Part shown: positions 47,701 through 56,271 of the stretch, in pieces
Layout of the letters: every line of letters starts with the position of its first letter
Numbering within the stretch: position 1 is the first letter of the stretch
Source of the DNA: Candidatus Delongbacteria bacterium
GTDB lineage: Bacteria; CAIWAD01
Length of the DNA: 64,000 nucleotides
NCBI GenBank assembly: GCA_963663545.1
Contig: OY760505.1
Location: 1,760,001-1,824,000, forward strand
Reading direction: 5' to 3'
Program-made: the position numbers and the translations under genes
The notes under the pieces: model-generated
The model's database searches: none
What the model was told of the DNA's origin: nothing
What the model saw: the letters and a program-made list of their open reading frames with translations, nothing else

Positions 47701-49041
47701 ATTGGCGAAGCCACAACCAGCGGAGATTTCAGACACGATCAGCGCATCGTCGCTACCCGACTGAGGATAGAAGTGGGTATGCGAGGTGATTCCGTGGGCC
47801 GTGTTGAAGTAGTAGTTGGTGCCGTAGTTGATCTGGCCGTTACCATAGGTAGCGCCGTAGTTCGTATCGTAACCGGCGATCATCACCACTTCATTCAGGA
47901 AGCTGGGATCGGCCATCTCGTAGCGCTCGTACTCCAGAGTCTTGTCGATCTGTGGCTGCAACTGGGCCGTTGTCTGAGCCGAGAAGCGGGAGTAGTAGAT
48001 CTCGGGCATATAGTCGCTGCCCTCGAGGCGCACGTAATGGTTGTCGGTCACGTGGCCACTATCCGAATCCCCGTCAAAGGCAGGGATCTGGTCAATATCA
48101 CCGACGAAGAGCAGAAAGCTCGGCGCTGGATCAGAAGCCGTACCCGCATCCCACAGATTGGAGATGTAGGACTTGATGGACGTGGTGGTCGTTCCGGTAA
48201 CCGAAGTCGAAGCAGCCACCACGTTGAAGCCCTTCTGAGTCTTCCACTCGATAAAAGGCTCAAGCTGAGTCTCGAACATCGGATCATAGATGATCAGGTA
48301 CTTCACCGGATATGTGGTCAGTACATCGCGCGTCGGCAGATCGAGGCTGTAGTTGAACACGCTCTGCTCGTAGGTACTCTCGAAATAGGGAGAGAAGGTG
48401 CGAGCGCGCAGCTCGTTGGTGGCATCCCAGTCGGCGCCGGTGTAATTCACCTGCAACTCGACATCACTAAACACGCGCATCGTGCCGTTGGCGGGGTTAT
48501 ACTGTACCGGCTCGACGTTCACGGTGAACAGACGCATACCGCGCAAAATGCCCAGCTCTTCCACGCTGATCTCGGGGGCTTCTCCGAAACTGCGGACGCG
48601 GGAATAGGCATCGGCGTCGTACTCAAAGGGCACATCGGCCGGAGTCTGGTTCTTGGCCAGCGAAGGCTGGGCAGGCATCAGCGGCGAACTAATGCCCAGA
48701 TCGCTCAGCTTGTAATCGGTGGAGTGGAAGCTCAGTGCATTAGCACTGACCTTGGCACCTAGGGGAACGCTGATGATGCGGCGGCTTACCGGCACCTTGG
48801 GCAGACCGGTTTCCGTGCTGTTGCCGACACCGGGAATGTTCAACTCGGTGAAGGTGCCCTGCTGTGTGGTGACGTCCATGCTCTGCAGCTGATCGTAGGA
48901 CCAGGACATGCGCAGGCCGTCGCGGCTGTTGTCCAGCAAACGCGCGGCAGTTTCCTGAGCGGGCAGGTCGATGGTCGCTGCCAAGGAGGGCAGAGTAGCG
49001 CCCACAACCGCCAGGCTCATCAGAATCTTCTTCAGACTCAT
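44707..49041 (-). CDS. Gingipain-like (Kgp-like) C25 cysteine peptidase with propeptide and a long multi-domain tail
   Basis: Signal peptide; propeptide G.P.VP; WKTQKGF, LFVGD, PEIYYSRFSA, catalytic NYTAHG and GNCCLT, YIGATNSTYWDEDYWW, YYWEIY.L.GD. Confidence 0.9.
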   Translation of the reverse strand: MSLKKILMSLAVVGATLPSLAATIDLPAQETAARLLDNSRDGLRMSWSYDQLQSMDVTTQQGTFTELNIPGVGNSTETGLPKVPVSRRIISVPLGAKVSANALSFHSTDYKLSDLGISSPLMPAQPSLAKNQTPADVPFEYDADAYSRVRSFGEAPEISVEELGILRGMRLFTVNVEPVQYNPANGTMRVFSDVELQVNYTGADWDATNELRARTFSPYFESTYEQSVFNYSLDLPTRDVLTTYPVKYLIIYDPMFETQLEPFIEWKTQKGFNVVAASTSVTGTTTTSIKSYISNLWDAGTASDPAPSFLLFVGDIDQIPAFDGDSDSGHVTDNHYVRLEGSDYMPEIYYSRFSAQTTAQLQPQIDKTLEYERYEMADPSFLNEVVMIAGYDTNYGATYGNGQINYGTNYYFNTAHGITSHTHFYPQSGSDDALIVSEISAGCGFANYTAHGSTTSWGDPTFTITNINSLGNAGQYPTVVGNCCLTNSFQVSTCFGEAWLRAANKGAIGYIGATNSTYWDEDYWWGTGAGTCVSDPDIDDFGQGVYDGMFHERGEAWADWTTTQGAMLVTGNLAVVEGGSSRTTYYWEIYSLMGDCALSTYITVPEANTVSLPSNLLSGATSCTLAADPYSYVGLTYEGDLVAAGLVPASGNLTLNWTQTLLPGEATLVVTRQNRIPVISTVTVVPNSGPYVALNSYTPTTATYGTSVGLGVEIENIGNASSTSTTGTLTTEDGYASISDGSESFGTMAAGAVINRSGAFGLQLASNVPDQHVVSLDLDLAGSGDTWEALMNLTVNAPAMALPTPTVNDGDNGRMDPNESLTLRIPVTNNGHAASPAGSVTLTAPSSYISIGTSTVALPAIAAGATSYANFQVTIGAAPVGTPVSFYASVDAGAYDVSKSWTYSIGLIVEDWESAGFTAFDWALSGDANWFLTSTDVYEGGYCAQSGDIDDYGSSLLSLTADIAADGELSFMYKVSSESNYDKLRFSIDGVEQDAWSGEVAWTEASYEVESGSHTFTWSYTKDVNQFGGSDCAWVDYILFPAMGEPAAPVMTVNPTSLAITIPSNTTDTATINVSNSGNADLDWSSTVVIDNPVRGENEHIKLAKGEERVHSSRATGTDDFFGYTWMDSNEPGGPTYDWIEISGTGEELTVSDDTNVTGIDLGFTFSFYGNDYTTINVCTNGFASFTSTVTAYTNGDIYSTEEPNNLLAVLWDDMDPSSGGSIHVKRDAGRFIAEWDNVPHWDTDELFKYEIILYENGQILYQYHTVGLDNSCTIGIENADGTDGAEVINNTAGYIAGGMAIRFSTEEPTPPWMTLAPTSGTVGIGSSQNLTVSFDTTDMETGVYYGTVYIQSNDPNNLQQEVPVTLTVGPNYLDAPVIQIVENGTGLRLEWDAVENATSYQIWRAVNNGYAGYSLLGTTTETLYAIPDALADEHYFYKVVAIN

Positions 49042-49142
49042 CGTATACCTCTTGCTTGTTCCAGCCATCTCCCAAGATGACCGGGGTCGGATCTATCGAG
49101 TGCTTTCAATCGTCATTTCAAAGCTGACACTAAAGTGTACAG

Positions 49143-52100
49143 CTACTCTATCACGGCAACCACGCGGAAGAAGCCGAGCTCGCCGACCGGTACCGCGATG
49201 TCATAAGAGCTGGCGCCCGTGCTCGCTACCGTGCTCCAGGCACCCTCTTGAGTATCTGCGCTTTCGATGCGGTAGTAGTCGCAGCTCACCGGCGTCCACT
49301 CCAGATGCAGCGTCGTTCCGTTGGCCGTAATGCTCACAACGGGCGTGTCCACGCTGATGGGACCGACGTGCAAGCTCACCGGCAAGCTGAGCGAAGTGTT
49401 GTCGGGATCATTGCTCGTAAGCTGCAGCGTCGCCACATAGTCGCCTAGCTCCAGCTCCGCCGCGTCGTAGAGCAGGTCCACCTGTGCGCTGCCACCCGGC
49501 AGGACGCTACCTGACAGCGTTGACAGCGTCAGCCAAGGGGTTTCCTCTTCCGGTATGCTGAACAGAATGGCCAGCCCGGAACTCAGGTAGCTGCTGTTCT
49601 CAACAATTTCGATGCCATCGCTGCCGTCGGCGTTCTCGATGCCGATGGTGCAGCTGGCTACGCTATTGGCGCTGAGATACTGGTAAAGAATGCTGCCGTC
49701 GGCATACAGTAGCACCTGGAAAGTTTCGGGTGTTGAAGTGTCGTAGTGGTAGACGCCCTGCCACTGCACCACGAATGCCGTGCCCGTGTTCTTGTAATAC
49801 ACGGTACCCGCCTGGTTGGGACTGAAGTCGTCCCACATCACCGCCAGCAGGTTGTCCGGATCGGTGCTGCTGGGAATACTGCCGTTGGTATAGGCGGTCG
49901 CCGTGCTGGTAAAGCTCAGGAAGCCATTGCTGCAAACGCGCACACTGCTGTACTCGTTACCGTAGAAGGGGAAGTTCATACCCATGGAAACGGACACACT
50001 CTCGTCATCTGCGAGATCCAGCGGAGTGCCCGAGGAAGAGATATCCACCCAGGAAAATTCGGGGCCGCCAGCCTCGTTGCTGTCCATCCAGATGTGGCCG
50101 AAGGTGTCCGGACCACCGGTGTCACGGCTGACGGCGCCGGACGTACCCTGCTCCCCCTTGGCCAGCTTGACCTCCGGCTCGGCCTCGCGCGCCATACGCG
50201 AGGCAATGGCCACTTGCATCTGCCATTCCAGCTCGCCGTCGCCCGCGTTGGAGATCGTCAAGCTCTGACTGCCGCTGGTGCCTGGCTCCAGATACATCTC
50301 GAAGTCGCTGTCCGAAAGCGCGAGCTCGGGAAATACGGGCGGAGCTGTCGTCGGGAAGACAATGTCATCGATCCACGCGCAGTCGCTGCCACTGGATGTG
50401 TTCACATCCTTCTCGTAGGCCCACTTGTAGGTATGGGTACCCGCACTCACCGTATAGCTGACGGTGGCCCAACTCACAGTGCCACTCCAGGAGTCCACTT
50501 CGCTGCCGTCGACATAGAACTTCAAGTAGTCGTAGCCCGACTCGGACGAGACGGCACGGCGGAAACTGATTTCGTCAGCCATGGTGGAAGTGTGTGTGAT
50601 CTGCAGTTCGGAGTCCTGGCTGTGCGTGATGCTGCCGGACTTGGCCGCGTAACTGCTCACGCCGCTAGGATCGGCAACGATGGTCCAGGGATAGCTGCCC
50701 TGCGTCCATGGCCAGCTCTCAAATCCGGCGGATTCGAAATCCTCGCCTTCCAGACCGATGGTGCGCTGAAAGCTGTCGCTGAAAGAAGAGCCCGTGCAGT
50801 TCATCTGCAGATCAAAACCGACGATCGCGCCGGCGGGCGCTTCGCTGTCTACTTCGATGCTCCACGAAGCAGTGGAAGAAGCGGAAGGATTCATCTGGCC
50901 CAGGCTCTGTGTGCCGGTGGAGCTAATGGTCAGCCAGGGGCTGGTGGTGCTCAGCAAGGCACTAGCCGCGTAGGCGATATCGGTGCCGTCGTTCAACACT
51001 GTCACCTGCAGCTGTGCGCTTTCGCCGGGATCCAGCATTCCGTCGTTGCCATCGAGAATCTCGATGGAGGTCAACAGCAATTCCGGCTGCGGCGTCTCGG
51101 GCACAAGCTGCACGTCGACGACGGTGGCGGCTCCGCTACCGACACTCACACTGCTGACAGTCTGGCTGAAGTAGCCGTCCTTCTCGAAAGTCAGACTGTA
51201 AGTGCCGGGCATGGCCAGGCGGTGATAGTCGCCCACGGCGCCATCGGTGTAAGTGGGGAACTCGCGATCATCCAGATAGACGTTCACGTCGTCCAGCGGC
51301 AGGCCGGTGTTGGCATCGGTGACAATGCCGCGCACGCCGCGCAGGCAAAACTCCGCCATGGCGAACATGCCTTCTTCGTTGGCGGCCCAATAATTGTCAA
51401 GGGTCGTGTAGCTGGGCCACTTGGTGTTGCTCAGCTCCATGGTGATACACATCTCGCCGCCCATGGAATAGCACCAGTCCTGCACGCCGCCGGAAACGGA
51501 GTACCACTCCGCTCCGTTGGTGATGCCATCGGTGAAGCCTCCGTTGAGCAGATAGGTGTTGGTAGAAGCGTAGAGGTAGCTCACCGCGTAGGCCACATCC
51601 TCATCGGGAGTGGGGCTGAAAACGCTGGAGCCGGTCTCGTTGTTGTCCCAGGGGTAGTTGGCCACCTGCGCGCCGCCGTGATACATGGTCGACAGGATGA
51701 AGTTGTGCTGCCAGCTCCACTCCATCAGCAGTCCGACCTCGAGGGGACGTCCGCTGGTCGTATTGTCGCGGTCGTCGTACCAGTCGGGGAAGTTGCGGTT
51801 GAGGTCGTAGCCGTTGGCATTGTAGCGTTGGCCCAGCGCGTTACCATCGGGATTGTACATGGGCACAAACCACAGCTCGACGTTGTCCACCAGATTCGTG
51901 ATACGCGTGTCGGTGCCATAGCCAGCTACCAGGGTCTCGATCATGTAAACGCACATTTCTGTGCCAACGGGTTCGTCACCGTGAATGGTGGCCATGAAGC
52001 GGAACTCGGGCTCGTCCTCTTCGACGGTCGGATTATCACTGACTTTCATCGCCCAGATCTCGCGCCCCTGCACACTGTTGCCAATGGATTCCAGGTGGCA

Positions 52101-52508
52101 CAGCGTCGGGTTGGCGGTGGCCAGATCCTGCAACGCGGTCGTCAAATCGGCGTGGTTGTGATAAGCGCGGTCGTCGCGAGTGGCATCAACGGGATTGTCT
52201 TGCAGCCACTGCCACATCTCGTGCGCCTCGTTGCGAATGCCGTGCGCGCTGATGCCATTCGACTCCAGCCAGAGCACCTCATCGGCTGACGCCCACAGAT
52301 CGATTTGCGGAACCCCCTCGGGTAGGAAGCCACTGGCCGAACCCAGTCCGCGGACGTTGTCCACATCCAAGCCCTGGTCGACTATTAATTGTAGTATTTC
52401 GGGCGTGGCGTGTTCAATCCTCAACAGGCTCTTCGTCGCGGGGCTTGCAAAGGAGATACTGCATGATACAGCGAGCGCTAAGGCAAGCGCCATGTTTTTA
52501 TGCAACAT
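49143..52508 (-). CDS. Secreted M14 zinc carboxypeptidase (CPD/N-like) with a transthyretin-like domain and multi-domain tail
   Basis: SIGNSVQGR, IHGDEPVG, NPDG, DLNRNFPD, HGGAQVANYPWD, NGAEWY.V.GG.QDW, TMELS, GVRGIVTD. Confidence 0.9.
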   Translation of the reverse strand: MLHKNMALALALAVSCSISFASPATKSLLRIEHATPEILQLIVDQGLDVDNVRGLGSASGFLPEGVPQIDLWASADEVLWLESNGISAHGIRNEAHEMWQWLQDNPVDATRDDRAYHNHADLTTALQDLATANPTLCHLESIGNSVQGREIWAMKVSDNPTVEEDEPEFRFMATIHGDEPVGTEMCVYMIETLVAGYGTDTRITNLVDNVELWFVPMYNPDGNALGQRYNANGYDLNRNFPDWYDDRDNTTSGRPLEVGLLMEWSWQHNFILSTMYHGGAQVANYPWDNNETGSSVFSPTPDEDVAYAVSYLYASTNTYLLNGGFTDGITNGAEWYSVSGGVQDWCYSMGGEMCITMELSNTKWPSYTTLDNYWAANEEGMFAMAEFCLRGVRGIVTDANTGLPLDDVNVYLDDREFPTYTDGAVGDYHRLAMPGTYSLTFEKDGYFSQTVSSVSVGSGAATVVDVQLVPETPQPELLLTSIEILDGNDGMLDPGESAQLQVTVLNDGTDIAYAASALLSTTSPWLTISSTGTQSLGQMNPSASSTASWSIEVDSEAPAGAIVGFDLQMNCTGSSFSDSFQRTIGLEGEDFESAGFESWPWTQGSYPWTIVADPSGVSSYAAKSGSITHSQDSELQITHTSTMADEISFRRAVSSESGYDYLKFYVDGSEVDSWSGTVSWATVSYTVSAGTHTYKWAYEKDVNTSSGSDCAWIDDIVFPTTAPPVFPELALSDSDFEMYLEPGTSGSQSLTISNAGDGELEWQMQVAIASRMAREAEPEVKLAKGEQGTSGAVSRDTGGPDTFGHIWMDSNEAGGPEFSWVDISSSGTPLDLADDESVSVSMGMNFPFYGNEYSSVRVCSNGFLSFTSTATAYTNGSIPSSTDPDNLLAVMWDDFSPNQAGTVYYKNTGTAFVVQWQGVYHYDTSTPETFQVLLYADGSILYQYLSANSVASCTIGIENADGSDGIEIVENSSYLSSGLAILFSIPEEETPWLTLSTLSGSVLPGGSAQVDLLYDAAELELGDYVATLQLTSNDPDNTSLSLPVSLHVGPISVDTPVVSITANGTTLHLEWTPVSCDYYRIESADTQEGAWSTVASTGASSYDIAVPVGELGFFRVVAVIE

Positions 52509-52825
52509 ATGAATTCTCCGTCTGGGCGGGTCGGGCTTTCGTAATCGAAAGGTTGAAAACTGTTCTCCGGACGGAGTGACGGATGGCAAAGATTGTACCA
52601 AGCAAAGCTGTATCGTGTTATTTCCGCGGGTTTACAAAGCTGTGAAATCCGTCGGATCATGCAGAAGGCGGGTGAAAAGGCCAGCGAATAGCATGCTGAA
52701 ACGAATGAGATTTCATTCCTGGCGACTCAAACATAACACGCACTCCACCCAGCCAGCGAGCTCGCGTCATCTCTCAGACGACGAGAAGGCGTGAAGAGAT
52801 TTCAACACGAGAACAGGCTTTCACC

Positions 52826-54046
52826 TCATTCAATCATGGCTGCCAGCAACATGAAGATCGCTGGTTCGGGCGGGCTGATGTCGTCGTTGGTCATCACCGA
52901 CAGCACCCGACCGCTTTGTCGGTGTACGAAGAGCGCACTCCGCTGACCGCAGATGCCACCTGCGTGGCCAATCAAATCGCCAAGGGGTGATTGGATGATG
53001 TAGCAGCCGAATCCGTAGTAGACCTTGGGGGCTAGCGCCTGCAAGTGCATGTTTTGCAACATCTGATCCATGGTGGCAGACTGTAGTAGTTTTCCTTCGA
53101 GAAGAGCGCGCATGCATGCCACCAGGTCGGACGGGCATGTGGCAACTGGACCCGCCGCCCAAGGATTGGACCAGATTTCGTGCTCCTCAAGCGTTACACC
53201 GCCATGATAGCCGGTAGCTACGGCTTGCTCCTGATTGGTTGGCGAAAGCAATCGAGTATGTGGCATGGGCACCACGTCAAGAATCTGCTCCTGCAAGAGA
53301 TTGGCGTAGTCCCGACCGCTGGTCGCTTCCAAAATCCGCCCCAGCATCAAATAACCGGTGTTCGAATAGGACCAATAGGTCCCCGGCGCAAACACTCGCC
53401 CCGCCGCAAGGCTCATCTCGATCAATTCGTCGGGGTTGGCAACTTGTAGTGCTTGGTAGTCCGGCAGCATGTCAAAGCTGGGAATGCCGGAGCTGTGATT
53501 CAGCAGGTGCCTGATGCAAATCTCTGTTTCTACTTGTGGATACCAACGCACCACCGGGTCGTCGAGGGCAAAAGCACCGCCCTCGATCGCCTTCATGACA
53601 AGGATTGCCGTCAGAAACTTGCCGGTACTGGCGGCGTGTGGCAGCGGAAGATCCTCAAGCGTGCCACCGAGCGTATCGCCCTCATCGGTCCAGCCCGGGC
53701 AACCCACCAGCGCTCCGCAGCTCCCCGACCAAACCGCTCCCTCCGCATCCATGACCGCAGCGGAATAGCCAGCAGTGCCCGTTCTTTCTAGAATGACCTG
53801 CAGGGTGCTATCCAGACGCGCCCTCGCTCCGCCCGGCAGCGGGATGTGCGTGCCACCGTCGGTTGCCGCTACGTGGATACTATCCTCCAGCCAGCTGCTG
53901 CTAAGGGTGTTTTCGGAGCTGATGGGCCAGAATAGGGGCGGCTCCAGTGGCAATTCGGATTGCCCAAGAGGGCTTTTGCAGCCGGAAAGTAGAACCAATG
54001 TGACCGGCAGCAAACGGATCAGAACAGAGGGAATCAGGCGGCGCAA
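52826..54046 (-). CDS. Beta-lactamase-family serine hydrolase (probable lipoprotein)
   Basis: Lipobox LLSGC; ASTGK (SxxK), LLNHSSGI, YSNTGY, GHAG. Confidence 0.85.
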   Translation of the reverse strand: MRRLIPSVLIRLLPVTLVLLSGCKSPLGQSELPLEPPLFWPISSENTLSSSWLEDSIHVAATDGGTHIPLPGGARARLDSTLQVILERTGTAGYSAAVMDAEGAVWSGSCGALVGCPGWTDEGDTLGGTLEDLPLPHAASTGKFLTAILVMKAIEGGAFALDDPVVRWYPQVETEICIRHLLNHSSGIPSFDMLPDYQALQVANPDELIEMSLAAGRVFAPGTYWSYSNTGYLMLGRILEATSGRDYANLLQEQILDVVPMPHTRLLSPTNQEQAVATGYHGGVTLEEHEIWSNPWAAGPVATCPSDLVACMRALLEGKLLQSATMDQMLQNMHLQALAPKVYYGFGCYIIQSPLGDLIGHAGGICGQRSALFVHRQSGRVLSVMTNDDISPPEPAIFMLLAAMIE

Positions 54047-54160
54047 AGTGGTCTCCAGGAAGAATTGGCACCCATTGAACCCGGCGTAGGCCGGTACCCG
54101 GGAAGTCTCTACGATTCAGAATAGCGCTGTGTAAGGGAAAATGAAATCCCCAGGGCAGGA

Positions 54161-54340
54161 TCATTCCTTTCCGGTTTGATTGAGCTCTCGTTTGACCCTG
54201 GCCAGCTTGACAACTCCCACCAGCAAAAAGAGCGCACCGACACCGATGAAGGCACTACTTGAAGTGAAGCCAAGGGCACACATAGCGCCGCCGATCACCA
54301 TAAAGATTCTGGCTCGCCTGATTTCCCGTGCTGGTTCCAT
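54161..54340 (-). CDS. Small two-TM hypothetical membrane protein
   Basis: AGGAG SD before ATG 54340; two hydrophobic helices; 59 aa. Confidence 0.55.
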   Translation of the reverse strand: MEPAREIRRARIFMVIGGAMCALGFTSSSAFIGVGALFLLVGVVKLARVKRELNQTGKE

Positions 54341-54442
54341 TTTCGCTCCTTTCATGTTCACCGATGACGATGAAAGCCCGCGCACGACGAATCTCCTGTG
54401 GGTACTCTCTCACGGTTTCGCTCCTCGTGTGCTTGGGTATGC

Positions 54443-55209
54443 CTACTCAAAATGCACCAAGGCAGACTTCAACAGACGAACGGCAGCCGCTTCCTGCTCA
54501 CGAGCGGCAGTCAGGCGGTTGATCTGCGCATTGCGCTGGGCCGAAGTCCACTCCGCTTGACGGTCGCTAGCGGGACACAGCGAGGCCGGATCACCAATCC
54601 CTGCCAGGCAGCAATCTACTACGCGCTGATAGGCGTCGGCGGCTCCCAACAGTGACTCGCGCACACAGGCGTACTGTTCCGCCTGTGCATGCAACCAGTC
54701 CGCCGCTCGCTGCCGCTCCCGGACGAGCACCGTGTAACACCAACGGTTGCCCAAGGGTGCAACTGGCGTTGGCTGTATCACGCCCCGATCGACCTGCTGC
54801 AGCCAATTCAACCAATGTGCCCAGGCCTGATCGCCGCAGAGATAGTCATCATCGTGCATTGTATCACTGTGATACATCTCGACTACATGCTGAATCGTGG
54901 CTTTCAGCAAATCGCGGGGTTCCCAGGGAAGGCGTGATGGATACTCGCCTTGCGTGGCATGGCCTCGTAGCCCAGCTTGTAACACATGAATCCGCAGGCG
55001 GGGTGAGCGGCACTCGGACACAATTCGCGATGAATGCCCAGGCGAAAGGAGAACCCGCTGACACAAGCCAGATCGTCGTAGCTCGTGGGTTCACCCGCAG
55101 CCGCCAGCATCACGGCCAGCCCGGCGTAGGTGCTGGCACATTGCACGCAGGAATCGGGTAGCTGAATGCCCTCGATCCAGACCCGGTCATCGTTGTGACA
55201 CACTTGCAT
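54443..55209 (-). pseudogene. Hypothetical protein split by a frameshift near 54925
   Basis: The SD-led ORF 55209-54904 (...HHAFP) stops, while protein-like sequence continues in another frame (PWEPRDLLKATIQ... to 54443). Confidence 0.55.
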
Positions 55210-55338
55210 GGAGACATCCTCCTACAGGGGGTGGGATGCTCCAACCTTAGGGCAAATCGAATCGAGCTGCAAGAGGAATAGGGTAAAGGCGGAAGATTGT
55301 CCAGGGTGCGCGAGGCTTCGCAACCTTAGCGGAAAGCC

Positions 55339-55740
55339 TCACTCCGGCTTCTGATTGCCAACAACCCACCCCTGCTCATCGGTCTTCAGCAATCCCTTGT
55401 GCGTGTCCAAGAGCACGAGCTCATTTTGCCAGGGATCTTCCACAACCACGCAGCGACCAATGCGAATATCGAAAGGTGGCACGATCATCCGTCCGCCCGC
55501 TGCTACCACCTGGCGCGCGGCGGCTTCAGCGTCTGCCACGGCGAAATCCACCTCAAGACCGCGCTCTCCGGTGTGCAAAACAATCTCCGTTACGTCATCG
55601 GGCGGCTTCAAACCGGCCTCCGTCTCCGTGCGCCAGACCAGTTCCAGGCCAAGCTGATCGCGGTAGAAAGACAGGCCGGCTTCCAGATCGGCCACTCGAA
55701 AGCGGATCGCGTCTACTTTGGAGATCAGAGAAGTACCCAT
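55339..55740 (-). CDS. VOC family (glyoxalase/bleomycin resistance) protein
   Basis: V.DLEAGLSFYRD.LGL, FAVAD, GG.....PFDI..GRC..VEDPWQN.L.L; GAGGAG SD. Confidence 0.88.
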   Translation of the reverse strand: MGTSLISKVDAIRFRVADLEAGLSFYRDQLGLELVWRTETEAGLKPPDDVTEIVLHTGERGLEVDFAVADAEAAARQVVAAGGRMIVPPFDIRIGRCVVVEDPWQNELVLLDTHKGLLKTDEQGWVVGNQKPE

Positions 55741-55950
55741 ATCCTCCTCAATCCTATTGCAAGAGCCACAATGGTGCCACACAACCGTGCCACCACTCCT
55801 CCATCGGGAATCCCACACGGGCCAAGCACTGCATCATTGAATATGTACCGAGTTAATTTCTGAATTTACAGCGATAGTTTCCGTGACCGCAAATGCAGGA
55901 ATCCGCATTTTCACCGACCCAGACCATTATCGAGCGGTGCCACCGCCCGA

Positions 55951-55979
55951 TATAAAGGATCCCCAACGAGTGGGGATCC
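55951..55979 (-). terminator. Probable intrinsic terminator after the paired T9SS cargo genes
   Basis: GGATCCCCA-N5-TGGGGATCC followed on the minus strand by TTTATA. Confidence 0.6.
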
Positions 55980-56002
55980 AGGATTGGCAATTGTCACAGG
56001 GC

Positions 56003-56271
56003 CTACTTGATCAACATCAGCTTGCCCACACGCACCTCGCTTCCGGCACTCAAGCGGCTGAAATACACACCACTGGCCAGCATTCCACCATTAAAGAGCG
56101 CCTCGTGCTGGCCCGCAGCCATGGAACCGTTCACCAGCGTGCTCACCCGGCGACCGGCCAGGTCAAAGACTTCCAAGCGCACCTGCCCGGCCTGCGGCAG
56201 AACGAAGGCAACATGTGTCACTGGATTGAAGGGATTCGGCCAGGCAGGGAGCAGGGCAAACGCCATTGGCA
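56003..56271. repeat. About 270-bp direct repeat, copy 1 (3' end of paralog A)
   Basis: About 95% identical by eye to 58292-58560 (offset 2289 bp). Confidence 0.9.

Noticed and set aside
49746..52289. 847-aa + strand ORF (also 46546-48762, 41896-43518, 20832-22184, 61306-62631 and 4161-5270)
   Set aside because: These are antisense shadows of real, codon-biased genes, with no recognisable motifs or credible starts.
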